A stretch of DNA of 64,000 nt. It comes from Octopus sinensis (Eukaryota). The position numbers and the translations under genes are program-made. Position 1 is the stretch's first letter; each line of letters starts with the position of its first letter. This document shows, in pieces, positions 27,449 through 41,492 of this stretch. The stretch lies in contig NC_042999.1 of the NCBI RefSeq assembly GCF_006345805.1, forward strand, positions 34,286,001-34,350,000, written 5' to 3'. Under the pieces are notes generated by a model. The model worked only from the letters and a program-made list of their open reading frames with translations, had not been told where the DNA came from and did not search any database.

Positions 27449-28147
27449 ATATGAAAGTATACAGATCAACATACAGACGGATAGGTACATAGGTTATTTG
27501 AACAGACAAGCACAGATACGCATGAAGACTGAAATACATAACCATATATACACACACACTTCCCTTCACACAAGGACACATATGGAGACACACGTCCACA
27601 TATATAAAGATGCACATCCATACATACAAACACGGTACATAGTTGCAAAATACACACTCAGACGTGCACACAAAAGGAGACATAGGTACACGCACATATA
27701 CAAACACACGCAGAAACACACACACACGCACACACACATAACACACACAAACACGGACACGCAAACACATAATTATGCAGAACAAGTAATACAAATGTAC
27801 ACATACATACATGTATACATATACACACACATACATGCACACACATACATGCATACATACATGCATGCATGTACAGGCCCACACACACACACATGCGCAC
27901 AAACAAACAACAAGAAATGCAGTGTGAATAACGGACACAGTCAAAACTATTGAAAAGGTTGCAAGACGCAACGAAAATTTTAGAAAAATAAAAAAAATGT
28001 GTATAAAATATTTTATTGAATGTCATATTTGTTTAAATACGTCACGTCTTATTACTTTTATTTATACAGGCTAACCAGTGGTAATAATTATGTTCATTTA
28101 TTACCCTCGTATTTACGATAGTTATATATATATATATAATATATATA

Positions 28148-28187
<40 letters not shown>

Positions 28188-28191
28188 TATG

Positions 28192-30550
28192 TTAGAGTGA
28201 CCCTTAGCAATAGATAATTTTTTTAAAGTTACAATTTTGCTGTTCCCACCTCCGGATCCTGTTCCAAGAAAGAAAACAATGCGGAGTGCATTGTATAAGC
28301 AAAAATTAATTCTGTTCAAAAGCTATATACTGTTCACTTTCTCGACCATTTTCTTTTTTCTTCTGAGAGAAATTTACGTGGACAAATCCAGGCAACTCCA
28401 ACTGAAGCTTAAATGCATTCGGAATCAAATTTACCAATAGCTTATTTGAAAAATTTCAGATATAAGGTGAAAAACTTAAGAAATATTAGGTTTTCTTAAT
28501 AAAGCACACAGCCTCTATAAGACAAACGCATTTTTATTTGCAACATTAACTTTTATAGAACGAAAAACATAATGTGAACACTGAACGCAGAATACTGAAC
28601 ATTATTTTTGCATAAGAGATGACTTAGTGGCAGTTGGGTATGCTTTATGGATTTATGGTAACGATCTGTAAAACAAATTGTTTCCCAGTTTCATCTTTTA
28701 TGCGAATGTTATTGTAATCATTCACAACAACAGTCCTCGCAAGATTTTCAAATCCACTTTTGTAACAAGGATCATCCTTCCGTGTTAAAGTGTCTTTATC
28801 GAGGAGATTTGTGCTAATAGAAAATCTCGCGAAGAAAGATTTTCTACCAGGAGTTACAAAAGACGAAAACTCAATGTTTGTAACGGAAGAAGAAAAGTCA
28901 TTTTGGTGCAGATGGTACCTCTTCAGTTGATTTTTTCTTCCTTCTGTTCTTCACCTTTGTCTGCTTCCAGTATATATTGAGCAACATTTACCTTCACTTC
29001 TGTTGGAACATTGTCATCAAATATGGATAGGCCCTCAGTTTCGGGAGTTAAGTACCAGAGATGGATGGAATGATTTTTTTTCGAAGCTGCCTTACTGGGT
29101 CCTGGATGAATATTCTGATAATTTATCAGTTGACTCATGAATAGGAAATCATGATAAGGTGCTTTAATTACTTCTGATGACAGGTACTAGGCTCGAAATA
29201 CACTTGAGCAAGAAATATAGATATTCCTCTTAACGAGTTCTTTTCCCCGAGAGATAACTGAAATTGATCTTCAAACAGATATATCTTGAATGCATAAACT
29301 GCTTTCAACATCAACCTAGCATGACTTACATCTGGAGTACGAAATAATATACCGCTCTTCGGAATGGCGGCAAAAAGAGCTGATCGTTAACGACAACAAT
29401 TGTCGGTAATCACTTCGCTGTGGTTTCTGCATAGAAATGTAGTATTCAAGAAATCCTAGAATGGTAGAGCGGACATTATCAGGTACTTCATTGCTACCAG
29501 TTATGTAAACTATCTTGTTGAATTTCGTCCAGGTTTCTCTCAATCTGTTGTAAAACGCCATGTCTGGACCAGAAGTTTCACCCATCAGTGAGTGAAAGCA
29601 GCTCCTAAAAACTAACTAAAAACTGCGATGATGCCAGTGAAGTACAGCATGTCGCGTTTGAACAACTTTTCTAGATTTGTACTGGCACCATTCCCTAGAC
29701 TTGTGTTGCTTGCTGTCGTATCACTGCAAAGTGCTTGAATCTTGTTGGTTATACCCCACTTCTCTACTGTTTGGTACACAAACATGGCTTACTCTTCTCC
29801 TGAAGATGTTGGAATTTCATGGACTCCTGGCAATTGCTCTTGCCTTGAAAAGTCATTATTATTGCCAGTCTATCAACCATTTTAACGCTCCTGAATGCGG
29901 CAAGCAGCTTTCCATTCCAGCGCAACACTAATTCTTGTTAGTCGTTTAGATTTACAATGTGCAGTCTTTCAAGGCGTCTCGCTTCTCTAAATTTTGTTCT
30001 AAGGCATTGATAATAAGTATACAAAACACATAACATTATAAAAACGGAGAGGCTATAAACATGATATTGCAACTTTGTTAGGGCTACCAATAGAACAGGG
30101 GAAGCTCTATATCAGAATGCGCCAAAACAAAATGAACGAGTGCTTACAAGTTATTACAAATAAATTTATTTATATTTGCAAACGCGGACAAGTCATTAGA
30201 TCACTGTTTGTCACTAACATATACTTCTTAATATTTTATTTCTCAACACTACCATTAGGTGTAGTACAGTTATTTCAACGGATGAGCGCAACTCACAACT
30301 TCACTCGCTCACGTCTGGCCGCCGACTGGATGGCGGCGAAAAAATAGGTGTTTGACATATAACTGCGCTGTCTCCAGTTTTGCAAGTTGCCTCCTCCATT
30401 ATATTTATCGCCACTTATCCTTCTATTACCAAGAATAAGTCCGAACAAATTTATAATTTAATAGAAAATTTTATGAGATAAAGAATTTTTTGTGAAAAAT
30501 GCCTTTCCGGGCGAATACTTCCAAATTTTATAGTCGATGAGGGTCGCCTT
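28192..30550 (-). mobile_element. hAT-superfamily (hATm-like) DNA transposon relic
   Basis: DTTASNT, RDMLY..HH, TSGPDMAFYNRL, QRSDYRQLL, HLWYLTPE motifs across frameshifts; left end TTAGAGTGACCCT and degenerate inverted match near 30533-30550. Confidence 0.7.
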
Positions 30551-30691
30551 GCAGTTGTTGAAATGAACTACAATTTTGCATAGATTGTTTTTGTTGTTGT
30601 TGTTGTTGTAGTTGTTGTTATTGTTGTTAACTGGAACAAGATAGGGGCATGAGTTCCAAATTTTAGAAAGTTGAAAAATAGAGCCTCTCTA

Positions 30692-30749
<58 letters not shown>

Positions 30750-31010
30750 AATGGAGTTAAACGCAGGTATTATTCAAGGAAGTAAAAGGATTTGAATAAC
30801 ACCTGCGTTTCAGTCTATTTATTTATTTATCTATATTGATCAGAAACCTTTCGCCCAGGTCTGAACTTTCTACTTTTAGAAGTAGGCTGCAACATCCATG
30901 GTACTATGGGAATTTTGGGAAACTATTTATTTATTTTTCATGCTATTTGTAAACTTAGAAAAAATAAACATACATTCATATGTGTGTGTTTTATTCTTCA
31001 TATATATATA

Positions 31011-31394
31011 TCTTTATATATAAAAGTCAAGTTGTGTGTCTGTCTCCTACGATTTAGATTCCTAACTACTCCCACATTTTGCCCTGCAGTTTAACCAAAA
31101 CCGGGTTTCTTATAGTCGTGATTCAACTCGAGCCCTTCTGGGTATTAGGGCGCGTCTACGATGAGTCTACGATTAAAAAAAAAATTACCATCATTTTTTT
31201 TCCATTTTAATGCATTTTTTCGCTCTTATATAAGGAAGGTAACTCTCTAAAAATGTCTACGATGAGTCAACGATTTAAAGAAAATTACCATAATTTTTTT
31301 CCATTATTTTGCTATTTTTTGGCTATAACTCTCTAAAAATGCTTATATAGTTATTTCCCTTACAAACCCGAGCAACGCCGTGCGATACTGCTAG
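31011..31394 (+). mobile_element. Non-autonomous Helitron (384 bp)
   Basis: A|TC 5' start (TCTTTATATATAAAA), subterminal CCCGAGCAACGCCGTG hairpin, CTAG|T 3' end, no TSD; internal duplication of TCTACGATGAGTC block; a second Helitron-like start follows at 31395. Confidence 0.85.
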
Positions 31395-31724
31395 TAAATA
31401 TATAAAACTGAGAATGCGTGTCTGTCTGTTTATATATGTGCATCACCAAGCTCAACCGATTTCATTCAAATTTTATACATGCCTTACGTAGGGTGCATGC
31501 AGTGGCATGGTCCAAAACATTTTCAACTTCTTGTCTAATGCGAGCCCGGACCATTTTTTAATCTTTTACACTATTTCAGTATAACGTGTCAAAAATCAAA
31601 CAGAATAATCTCTATTGTAATGTGAGATAATAATTTCACTTTTACTAGTTTCACTATGTCGATAATATATACATAGTGAAACTATTAATAATGAAACTAT
31701 TATTTCACTTACATACATACATGA

Positions 31725-31801
<77 letters not shown>

Positions 31802-32109
31802 GCATATATATATATATAATGTATATATATATATATATAAATATATGTAGATGCATATCTATAGATGTATATGTACACATGCATATGTATACATGCATAT
31901 CTATATTCGTATACATGTATTCTTTTGTTTCAATCATTTGTCTGTGGCGATGGTGGAGCACCGCATTTAGACGAGTAAATCTACTCCAGGTCTTATCCCG
32001 CTAAGTGACGGGGACGTAAACACACCAGCATCGGTTGTCAAGCGATGTTGGAGACAAACACATACACAGACATATACATTCATATATATATATATAATAT
32101 ATATATATA

Positions 32110-32166
<57 letters not shown>

Positions 32167-32175
32167 ATATATATA

Positions 32176-32448
32176 TATGAATAAAAAATGGAGTTAACGC
32201 AGGTTTAAACAAGTATTTTTACTTTCTACATATGTTTCAAAAATTCCACTGATACTTATTCAAAAGAATAAAAGGTATAAACAATGCAATCTTCTCTTCG
32301 GGAAAGTGAAAAAACGAAACTTGTAAAGAGAAGATTGCATTGTTTATACCTTTTATTCTTTTGAATAAGTATCAGTGGAATTTTTGAAACATATGTAGAA
32401 AGTAAAAATACTTGTTTAAACCTGCGTTAACTCCATTTTTTATTCATA
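32176..32448. repeat. Perfect 123-bp inverted repeat with 27-nt spacer
   Basis: 32176-32298 is the reverse complement of 32326-32448, no mismatch found by eye. Confidence 0.95.
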
Positions 32449-32922
32449 ATATTCAAATATTCAACGTAAATACGAAGTTTCAACCTTTATAAACAAGGAG
32501 TTACAACATCTTTACTTGTGAGATTTTTGCTGCCCTGGTAACTATTCATTCATTTATCCGTGTTAATTGTTAACAAGGTAAGATACACTCATCTATTTAT
32601 ATATATATATACGACGGGCTTCTTTCAGTTTCCGTCTACCAAATCCACTGAGAAGACATTGGTCGGTCCGAGACCATAGAAGAAGACATTTACCCCAGAC
32701 ACTTACTACAGAGTGGGATTGAACACGGAACCATGTTGTCGGTAAGCAAGCTACTTACCAACGTACCACACAGCCACCCCTGCGGCTATATATATCACAC
32801 AGCAAGTCGTTTTCTTTAAGGAATGCCATTAGCTTCCCTCTCACTATTCGTTCTATGTCTTTGCTGATTTTTGAAGTCAGGGAGTCAGGCCTATAATTTT
32901 GGCATCGAATATACATTCTTCT

Positions 32923-32970
<48 letters not shown>

Positions 32971-33746
32971 TTTTTTCTTTTTTCTTTTTTCTTTTCTTCT
33001 CCCCTTTTTTCTTTTTTCTTTTTTCTTTTCCTTTTTTCTTTTTTATTTTTTATTTTTCCTTTTTCTTTTTTCTTTTTCCCTTTTCTTGTCTCTTTTCTTC
33101 TCTTTCCTTTCTTTTCTTTTCTTTGCTCCACAAAAAAATTCCTTCAGCCTTTAGAAGTCATAACTTAGCAGTCTTGTGAAAAGAACAGTAATGTGGCAAG
33201 TACCTTATCATATAGCATGAAATGATACCCACCTCATTGTGGATTAACCATGGATAAATTCATCGTCTGTGAGTATGAAATTCCTCCTCATATCTCTGGA
33301 AATTTACATCTACACTACGGATTAATTCACCTTCTCTGTGAAGCTAATAAGCTTTTTTTAAAAACCTGTGATAAGACTGTGCATCATCATTAAGGAACTT
33401 CGGAAATCTGTTTACAACCTAAATCTGCTTTTAATGAAATTATCTCCAATACTTCATGAGTATAGCCTCACCCACTAAGATGTTTGGAGAACTCATATGT
33501 ATTTTAGCTGATGAGTACGGGACAATTTTATCTGCTGCAATTTTTGCAACTTTTAATAAAGCCTGTCTTTGTATGAAACAATTGTACTAAAAACTAATCC
33601 ATTCTTGTTGCTTCTTTCTCGTTTATAATCACCCCACATTACTGTATGGTTAACACCATATAGTTTTCTGGTGCATCTAAGTTAAGTACCGCATTCAAGT
33701 CAATTCATTAGAATTGACTTGAATCTTAATTGCTTTTATTGTATAT

Positions 33747-33805
<59 letters not shown>

Positions 33806-34360
33806 ATGTAAGGATAAAATCTGATTAAAAGATTTTGTAGTGGTCAGTATATGAAAATACCTTTTAAGGTGAATATTATAAATACAATTATAAATAAGGG
33901 CAAAAAGAGTGTGTGTGTGTGTGTGTATTGTTATATGGCTGCTAAGTAAATTTCTGAAACATATATCTATTTCCACGTCTCAAATCTTTCAAATACGTAT
34001 ATTTACTCTGATGAACGATTACATGTTATTCCTTCAAGCATTATTTTTACGTCAGCGGCGATTTTCTCTCGAAATTAGTTGGTATTATCTGTCTGTACAA
34101 TCGTCGATTGATTTCATTGTTTGCATCGTTGAGCATGTTCTATGGAGTAGGTATTGTGCCAGAACATTACAATTTCAGGTTTTAGATTGTAAACCTTAGT
34201 TTCCAATAATCAATTATAAGAAAGCCTTACTTATATTATGTAGCTGGGATTATATCGATGGTTTCTCCCCTAAAGGATAAATATATTATTCCTGTTTCAT
34301 ATATTAAGCTATTGATTACACTCCATCAATTCGTTTACACATACACATCCTTGCATAACT

Positions 34361-34585
34361 TATTTCTTTACTACCCACAAGGGGCTAAACACAGAGGGGA
34401 CAAACAAGGACAGACAAAGGATTAAGTCGATTACATCGACCACAGTGCGTAACTGGTACTTAATTTATCGACCCAGAAAGGATGAAAGGCAAAGTCGACC
34501 TCGGCGGAATTTAAACTCAGAACGTAACAGCAAGCGAAATACGGCTACGCATTTCGTACGGCGTGCTAACGTTTCTGCCAGCTCT
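34361..34585 (-). mobile_element. SINE family A
   Basis: Near-identical to 3641-3876. Confidence 0.85.
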
Positions 34586-34619
34586 CATCCTTGCATAAGT
34601 AATACTCTACTTTTCTCCA

Positions 34620-34950
34620 TATATACTCTTTACTCTTTTCTGTCTTTTGCTCTTTTACTTGTTTCAATCATTTCATTGAGGCCATGCTGGAGCACCGCCT
34701 TTTGTCGAGTAAGTCGACCCAGGACTTATTCTTTGTAAGCCTAGTACTTATTTTATCGGTGTGTTTTGCCGAACCGGTAACTTACGGGGATGTAAACACA
34801 CCACCATCGGTTGTTAAGCGACGTTGCGGGGGAGGGACAAACACAGACACACAAACATATACACACACATATATGTATATATATATATACATATATACGA
34901 CGGGTTTCTTTCAGTTTCCGTCTACCAAATCCACTCACAGGGCATTGGTC
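34620..34950 (-). mobile_element. SINE family B, 5'-truncated
   Basis: Matches 42368-42690; flanked by 100-bp direct repeat. Confidence 0.85.
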
Positions 34951-35113
34951 GAACGTAACAGCAAGCGAAATACGGCTACGCATTTCGTACGGCGTGCTAA
35001 CGTTTCTGCCAGCTCGCATCCTTGCATAAGTAATACTCTACTTTTCTCCACAGGGCATTCTTAGTAGCTTTAGAGTTGGCTCGAATTAGAGATTAGTCTT
35101 TGTGGCTGATTAG

Positions 35114-35328
35114 GAGAAGAAGAAGAAGAAAAAGAAGAAGAAGAAGAAGAAGAAGAAGAAGAAGAAGAAAATGAACAAGAAGAAGGAGAAGAAGGAGAAG
35201 AAGAAGAAGAAGAAGAAGAAGAAGAAGAAAATGAGGAGAAGGAGGAGGAGAAGAAGTAGAAGAAGAAGAAGAAGAAGAAGAAGAAGAAAAGAAGAAGGAG
35301 AAGGAGAAGAAGAAGAGGAAGAAGAAGA
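35114..35328. repeat. (GAA)n/(GGA)n purine tract
   Basis: Direct reading. Confidence 0.95.
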
Positions 35329-35742
35329 TAGCAATAATATCACCAATCACAGCGACAGCAGCAGGAGAGCTGGTAACAACAACAATAATAACAGTGAGCA
35401 GGAACAGCGAAAGCAAATGGAACGACAGCAACAAGAGTAGCAACAGCAACGACGCTAGCAGCGACGGAGAAACGGTAGAGAATAAGTTTTAAAAAAGTAT
35501 CAAGAGATCTGGTCTCCCCGTCAGAATCATGAGATGAGGTCTCACTGGCTCTCCCACACAAATGACCCACCAGACGTACGTATGCTGCCTGCACCAATGT
35601 CAACCAACGGATAGCGTCTTCATTCATAAAAAGCATTTTCTTTTTTTTATTTTACAATGTGCATTTTCGTTGATTTTTCTTATTTTCCCCTTACTGCTTA
35701 TTTTCCACGTGTATTTTGGATTTTCTTTCTGTAATATATTTC

Positions 35743-35786
<44 letters not shown>

Positions 35787-35807
35787 TATATACACATATA
35801 TATATAT

Positions 35808-36086
35808 CATCATCATCATCATCATCATCGTTTAGCGTCCGTTTTCCATGCTAGCATGGGTTGGACGGTTCAACTGGGGTCTGTGAAGCCGGAAGGCTTC
35901 ATCAGGCCTAGTCAGATCTGGTAGTATTTCTACGGCTGGATGCCCTTCCTAAAGCCAACCACTCCGTAAGTGTACTGGGTGCTTTTTACGTGCCACCCGC
36001 ACGGGTGCCAGAAAGAGCTGGCAAACGGCCACGAACGGATGGTGCTTTTTATGTGCCACCGGCACGGGGGCCAGGTGAGGCTGGCA
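35808..36086 (-). mobile_element. SINE with Nin-like central domain and RTE-type 3' tail
   Basis: Reverse strand TTAGGAAGGGCATCCAGCCGTAGAAA and AACCCATGCTAGCATGGAAAACGGACGCTAAAC(GAT)n; internal duplication of CCCGTGC.GGTGGCAC..AAAAAGCACC. Confidence 0.7.
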
Positions 36087-36564
36087 TATATATGTATCAA
36101 AAGAAAAACAAGACGCAAAGGATTCTGCGGCAACATATGTATCGCAAAATCCTTTGCGTCCTGTACAAAGCCATACCATCCCGTGCCATGTTCCACCTCT
36201 ACCACCACCGACATCGTGATGGGATTTCTCCATCGGGATACCAGCGAGGAGGATGGATGTAGTTAACCCAAGTATTACACATACACCTCATTAGGGAGAA
36301 AGCAACTAGCCTGAACCTCCGTAATGGTTTGGACACGTGGAAGCACATCTGCTGCTTCTAGGATTTCTAATCGGCGCTAGCTTGTCATCATCAAGAAAGA
36401 CCAGAAATAGCAAAGTCAGAATCATGGATTCGAAAACGCTCAGAAGATAAGCTACAATAACCAGCAGCAAGGCACACTGCAGGTCGCACGCCATATACAG
36501 GGTAAACAATCTGACTTTCTACCTTCATACTAATCTGTCTATATATCTGTCTGTCTCTCTGTTC

Positions 36565-36845
<281 letters not shown>

Positions 36846-36849
36846 CTAT

Positions 36850-37040
36850 CAACATACCTACCCACCTTCATACCTCTCCTTGTTTCTCTCTTCGTTTTTT
36901 CTGTGTCCCTTTCTGTAGAAGAGCGTAGGCTTGAAACGTAAAATACTTTTTCTATTCCTGAGCGTTCTACTAATACATCTGTTTGTTTTGTACACCACCT
37001 GTCTTCGTCTTTTGTTTTATTTCGTAAACTCTCCCTACAT
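36850..37040 (+). mobile_element. Penelope-type terminal repeat fragment with degenerate minimal hammerhead motif
   Basis: CTTT CTGTAGAAGAG CGTAGG CTT GAAACGT A AAAT at 36909-36944; related to 21520-21710. Confidence 0.5.
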
Positions 37041-37450
37041 ACATACCTACCTACCTACCCACCTACCTACCTACCTATCTATCTACCTACTTATTTACTT
37101 TCATGTCTACTTTTATGCACAAAACATTTACAAATCTTTAACCTTTATATCCATAAATTTTTTAAACTTTTAAAACATTTATATACATTGCGAAAAATTA
37201 ACTGAATTATAGTTCATTGCACTGTACTATATTCTATTCCATTTTACACCCCCGCTTTTCCCATTTTATTTCCTTTCAATTCCTCCATTACCTTTTTCCT
37301 TTTATAACCTTTCCACTAACGGTGATATCCTGTTAAATGATAATGTGCCAACCATATTATCTGAGATACATCTACACGTTATACGTATACAAAAATGTAT
37401 GTGCGCATGAGTGTATATATATATATATATAATATATATATATATATATA

Positions 37451-37834
37451 CTAGCATTAGAGCTCGGCGTTGTTCGGTTTAGGTTTCTTTTCGACCCTTT
37501 CGAATTGGAATTTTTGAATAGTAAAACTTTTGCATTATGTAGCTTGTGAAGATTTTTCTGGTTGAAATATACCAGAAAATGGCGACACAACAGTCAAAAA
37601 GTCGTAAAAAATAGGGATTTTTATAGAACAAAAGCACCTTTTTATGTAAATAATTTTTAGTCTTAACATGATCCGATTTGAATCTTTCCTTCTACAGAAT
37701 GAAGAGGAAGCCTTCTTCTAACATACTCTCAAATTTTGTCAACTTGCGCCGAAGGGTCTCGGAGGAGATAGTGTTAGTTGAAGCCTACCAAACCTGCCAC
37801 ACACACACACAGACAACTTCAGCTTTATATATAT

Positions 37835-37835
<1 letters not shown>
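37451..37835 (-). mobile_element. Non-autonomous Helitron
   Basis: Reverse strand starts TATATATAAAGCTGAAGTTG and ends CCGAACAACGCCGAG...GCTAG|T. Confidence 0.7.
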
Positions 37836-37898
<63 letters not shown>

Positions 37899-37940
37899 CA
37901 TACATACATACATATAGAGAGAGATGTATATGTATGTATG

Positions 37941-37980
<40 letters not shown>

Positions 37981-38282
37981 TATATAAGCACAAACAATCA
38001 TATAGATATGTGTCTCAATGTTTGGATGTATTATTTAAGCAAGAATAAGTTTGTGTAAATGAAGGAGTAGAAGTATATAGGACTGAAATCAACTATAAAA
38101 AAAATATCGGAGATGTGATATAGCCAGCCATTGGCAAGAATATTTTTATACAATGTCAGCTATATCATATTTCTAAGGATTTTGTTCCTATAATTGATTA
38201 TTGGAAATTAACAGCTATAAGGTTTCTGTTGACCCAAATTGTTATGTGAAATAAAAAAAATATTTTAATATAATATGCCTAT

Positions 38283-38339
<57 letters not shown>

Positions 38340-38341
38340 TA

Positions 38342-38413
<72 letters not shown>

Positions 38414-38974
38414 AATGCAAATTATTATCGACCGATAACACCAATAGACTTTCTTGAGTATGAAGTGAGCTGATTATAACCAACACATGCACATGAAATA
38501 GTTTCTATAGTTTCTAAAATATATATTAGTAACTGAAAGATCTTGAACTTGGATGCAGTCATGGGTATGTATTTCAGGAATTCGATTCACTGCTCTGTGG
38601 TGGCAAAATTTGATGTTCATGTGCTGTTTCTTGAGACTGTGTTTGTTTTTGTAGCATAGACTAGGTCTGATTCAAACTTGCTACTAAAATATCGGTAAAC
38701 GAATAATCACACACACGCACAAGTACACGAACACACTTATTCCTGCATATGCCTATACCAGGTGCATAACAGTAGATTTGCAAATGTTTGAAGGTAGGCA
38801 GTTATGACAGTTCTATATTGTTGTAACCTTAATTCATCATTACCATCCATTTATTATGCTGACGTAACAACATTATTATACCAGAATGAAAGAGAAGATG
38901 GTAACAGCACTTTGAAGATATCCTTACTGTACACAGATTGTCGCAGCTGACTGTTTTGCAGAATGCAGTCGGGA

Positions 38975-39110
38975 CATGAAGACAATTTGGAAGCAAGCTA
39001 TGCAATACATTTATTAAAGTTAACAAAAACGCAAACGAAACTTATGACATTCTCGAAACTGCTTATAATGGCTGTTGCTACTGTATGTCTGAATTTAAGT
39101 CGAAATCTCA
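38975..39110 (+). mobile_element. Mariner N-terminal relic
   Basis: ASYAIH...KLNKNANETYDILETAY resembles the mariner N-terminus QRYAIKF..KL.K.A.ETY..L..AY. Confidence 0.45.
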
Positions 39111-39166
39111 TTATCTGGCAGCAGCAGACGGTTCGCTTCTGTCAATGATATATATATATATATATC

Positions 39167-39547
39167 GAAAAATGTGTTGCTGAAAATGCACTTAAATTTC
39201 AAAAACTCGTGTATGTTTAAAATACATTTATTTACATATGTACCAAACTAGTTTCAACAATGTTTTTTGTTTATCAATGGTAAAACGTTGTACATTCTAA
39301 CACATTAATATACAGTTTTAATTTCAAAATTACACCTTCTGTTTTGAACATGATAATTTATCAACATTGAAATATTTAAATTTAATTTTGATTTGTCCAT
39401 ATTGAAATTTATAACGATGTTTTTACACTTTTACCATTGATAAACAAAAAAATATTGTTGAAACTAGTTTGTTACATATGTAAATAAATGTATTTTCGAC
39501 ATTCACAAGCTTTTGAAATGTAAGTGTATTTTCAGCAACACATTTTC
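39167..39547. mobile_element. MITE/fold-back element with ~119-bp terminal inverted repeats
   Basis: 39167-39285 is an imperfect reverse complement of 39429-39547; next to (TA)n. Confidence 0.8.
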
Positions 39548-39589
39548 CTACATATTTTTTCCGGCGTGGAAACACCACTCCCTCTTTTG

Positions 39590-39623
<34 letters not shown>

Positions 39624-40939
39624 GAGTGCTTTTATGCATCACGAGTTCAAATGAGACTTCTCAAGATAAATAACGCAGTATTCGGTGTTGAAACACGTTA
39701 CCTTGGGGGTAAATATTGCTTTTTGGTATTAATTCTACTTCAGTCGCTTTTAATTGTGTGTGTGTGTGCGTGTAAGTGTGTGTGTGTGTCTGTGTATGTG
39801 TGTGTGTGGTGTCTGTGTGAGTCTGTGTGTGCATGTTGTGTACGTCTACGTGTTTGGATACACCGGTGAAAATTGGTGTAAGTGTCATATGATGTCTTGG
39901 ATCCCTAAATAGGGAACCTCCAACATTTATATTATTCAGATGAAGTCAGTCATTTGATAAACAAGTAAAAACATGCAAAAGAGAAAGAATTACTGAGCCA
40001 AGAGAAAATAAACCATAAAACATATTTTACGCACAGCTCCAGTATGGTCGGAGACCAATAAATAATAATAGTCGGTAGGGCAAGTGGTGCAGGCAACTAA
40101 TTTATGCATATTGTTTTCTAAAGGCTAATATGTTAGTAACGTGGTTACAAAATAAATTTTATGAATATAGCTGTCTCAATGAGTGTTCAACAAGGATTAA
40201 TAAAATATCAACCTTTCCACAGCATAACTGATAACATAGAATACACCCGTGGTGTATTAAAATTATTGCTATATGAGCTTAACTCTTTCCTCCAGTCATA
40301 ATACTGTGTTGTCAATTGTAAGCGACAATTGAGTCTGTAATGAAGTGAATTTTTTATGTTAATTCTAACCTCATTTGTATGCCTACCGGTACATATGCAT
40401 ACTCATACATGTACACATCTATAAAGGATTGAAATACTCTGGTTTTCCATGCGGTCAAAAATGCTCGTCATCTGATTGTTAGTAAGTTGGATCCACAATA
40501 ACATTGACGAAGTGTTGAATCCCTGATCTGGGATGCATTGTTTACTTTAGAATGAGACTGTATTTCTTCTTGCTGTATTCGATGTAACAGAAAATGAGAA
40601 CGGGAGGCAACTCACTGATTAGCTGGCGATAATCATGCGTCACTTCCGGAGTTGCTGGTGAGCTCCCAGTTGCTTTTACTCCTCACAAAAACAATTGCAT
40701 AAGTATACCTTGCGACAGACAGGGATTGAGATTCGAGCATCTTTCTATCGTCTTATACCGATATGCAATCTAGTTCGAAATACATGTGCTCTAAGTTCCG
40801 AGGTTTTAACTTCTAGATCATGGTCTAAATATAAAATAGGAATGCTTTCTTATAGCTGATCCCATGTATACTGTCCGTTGATTCAGTCGAGATTAGGAAT
40901 AGCAGTTAGAAAGTGAAGATCCTTAATACCTAAGTGTTA

Positions 40940-41163
40940 ATATAGTAAACTGACACAAAATCGCTGAGGGTTAGTAAGGAGAGACACAAATAAGAAAGAA
41001 AGCAAAGGACCACTGACGCGGTCAGAGGAATGTGACGAAAGAACTCTGGCCGAAATAAGATTAAGATTAATGAAAAAATATATAACACTGAAGCAAAGTA
41101 ACACCAAATATATAGTGCGTGTGTTTTTATTGGCTAAACTGGCAAAATGACCATTGTGAAATA
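40940..41163 (+). mobile_element. Diverged terminal fragment of the 48721-49446 element family
   Basis: Reverse-complement similarity to 48721-48925, including TTGGCTAAACTGGCAAAATGACCATT. Confidence 0.8.
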
Positions 41164-41411
41164 CAACAAAAACTGACACAAAGCTGTATTTAAAAGATCG
41201 ATATAGATATGCAACAATTTTGATCAATGATGAAATTATGATAACAATTGTAGGGCAGCGTGTCAGATGTTATGCAACGTCATTTTAATAGTCATAAATA
41301 TAAATTGTAGCTATTCTTGCATATCTATATCTCTCTATTGTGTCTGAGGAGAGTCATTTTCTTTTTTAACATACTCACCCGTAAAATTTCAACTTATTTT
41401 TCTTTTCCTAA

Positions 41412-41492
41412 AATTTTGGTTGCGTCTTGCAAACTTTTCAATAGACTTGAGAGTCAAGACTATTGAAAAGGTTGCAAGACGCAACGAAAATT
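41412..41492. repeat. Hairpin with 39-bp arms and 3-nt loop
   Basis: 41412-41450 versus 41454-41492, 3 mismatches; same arm sequence also near 27940-27985. Confidence 0.9.

Noticed and set aside
26840-27900. TG-rich block followed by CA-rich block suggesting a large fold-back
   Set aside because: Complementarity is only low-complexity; no specific alignment between the halves
33180-33690. Non-repetitive-looking stretch with partial open frames on the minus strand
   Set aside because: Multiple stops in all frames and no motif I can assign confidently; tBLASTx would be needed
35898-35930. CTGATGA-AGCC-TTCC-GGCT on the minus strand looks like a hammerhead core with stem II
   Set aside because: No GAAA follows and no stems I/III; lies within a SINE body
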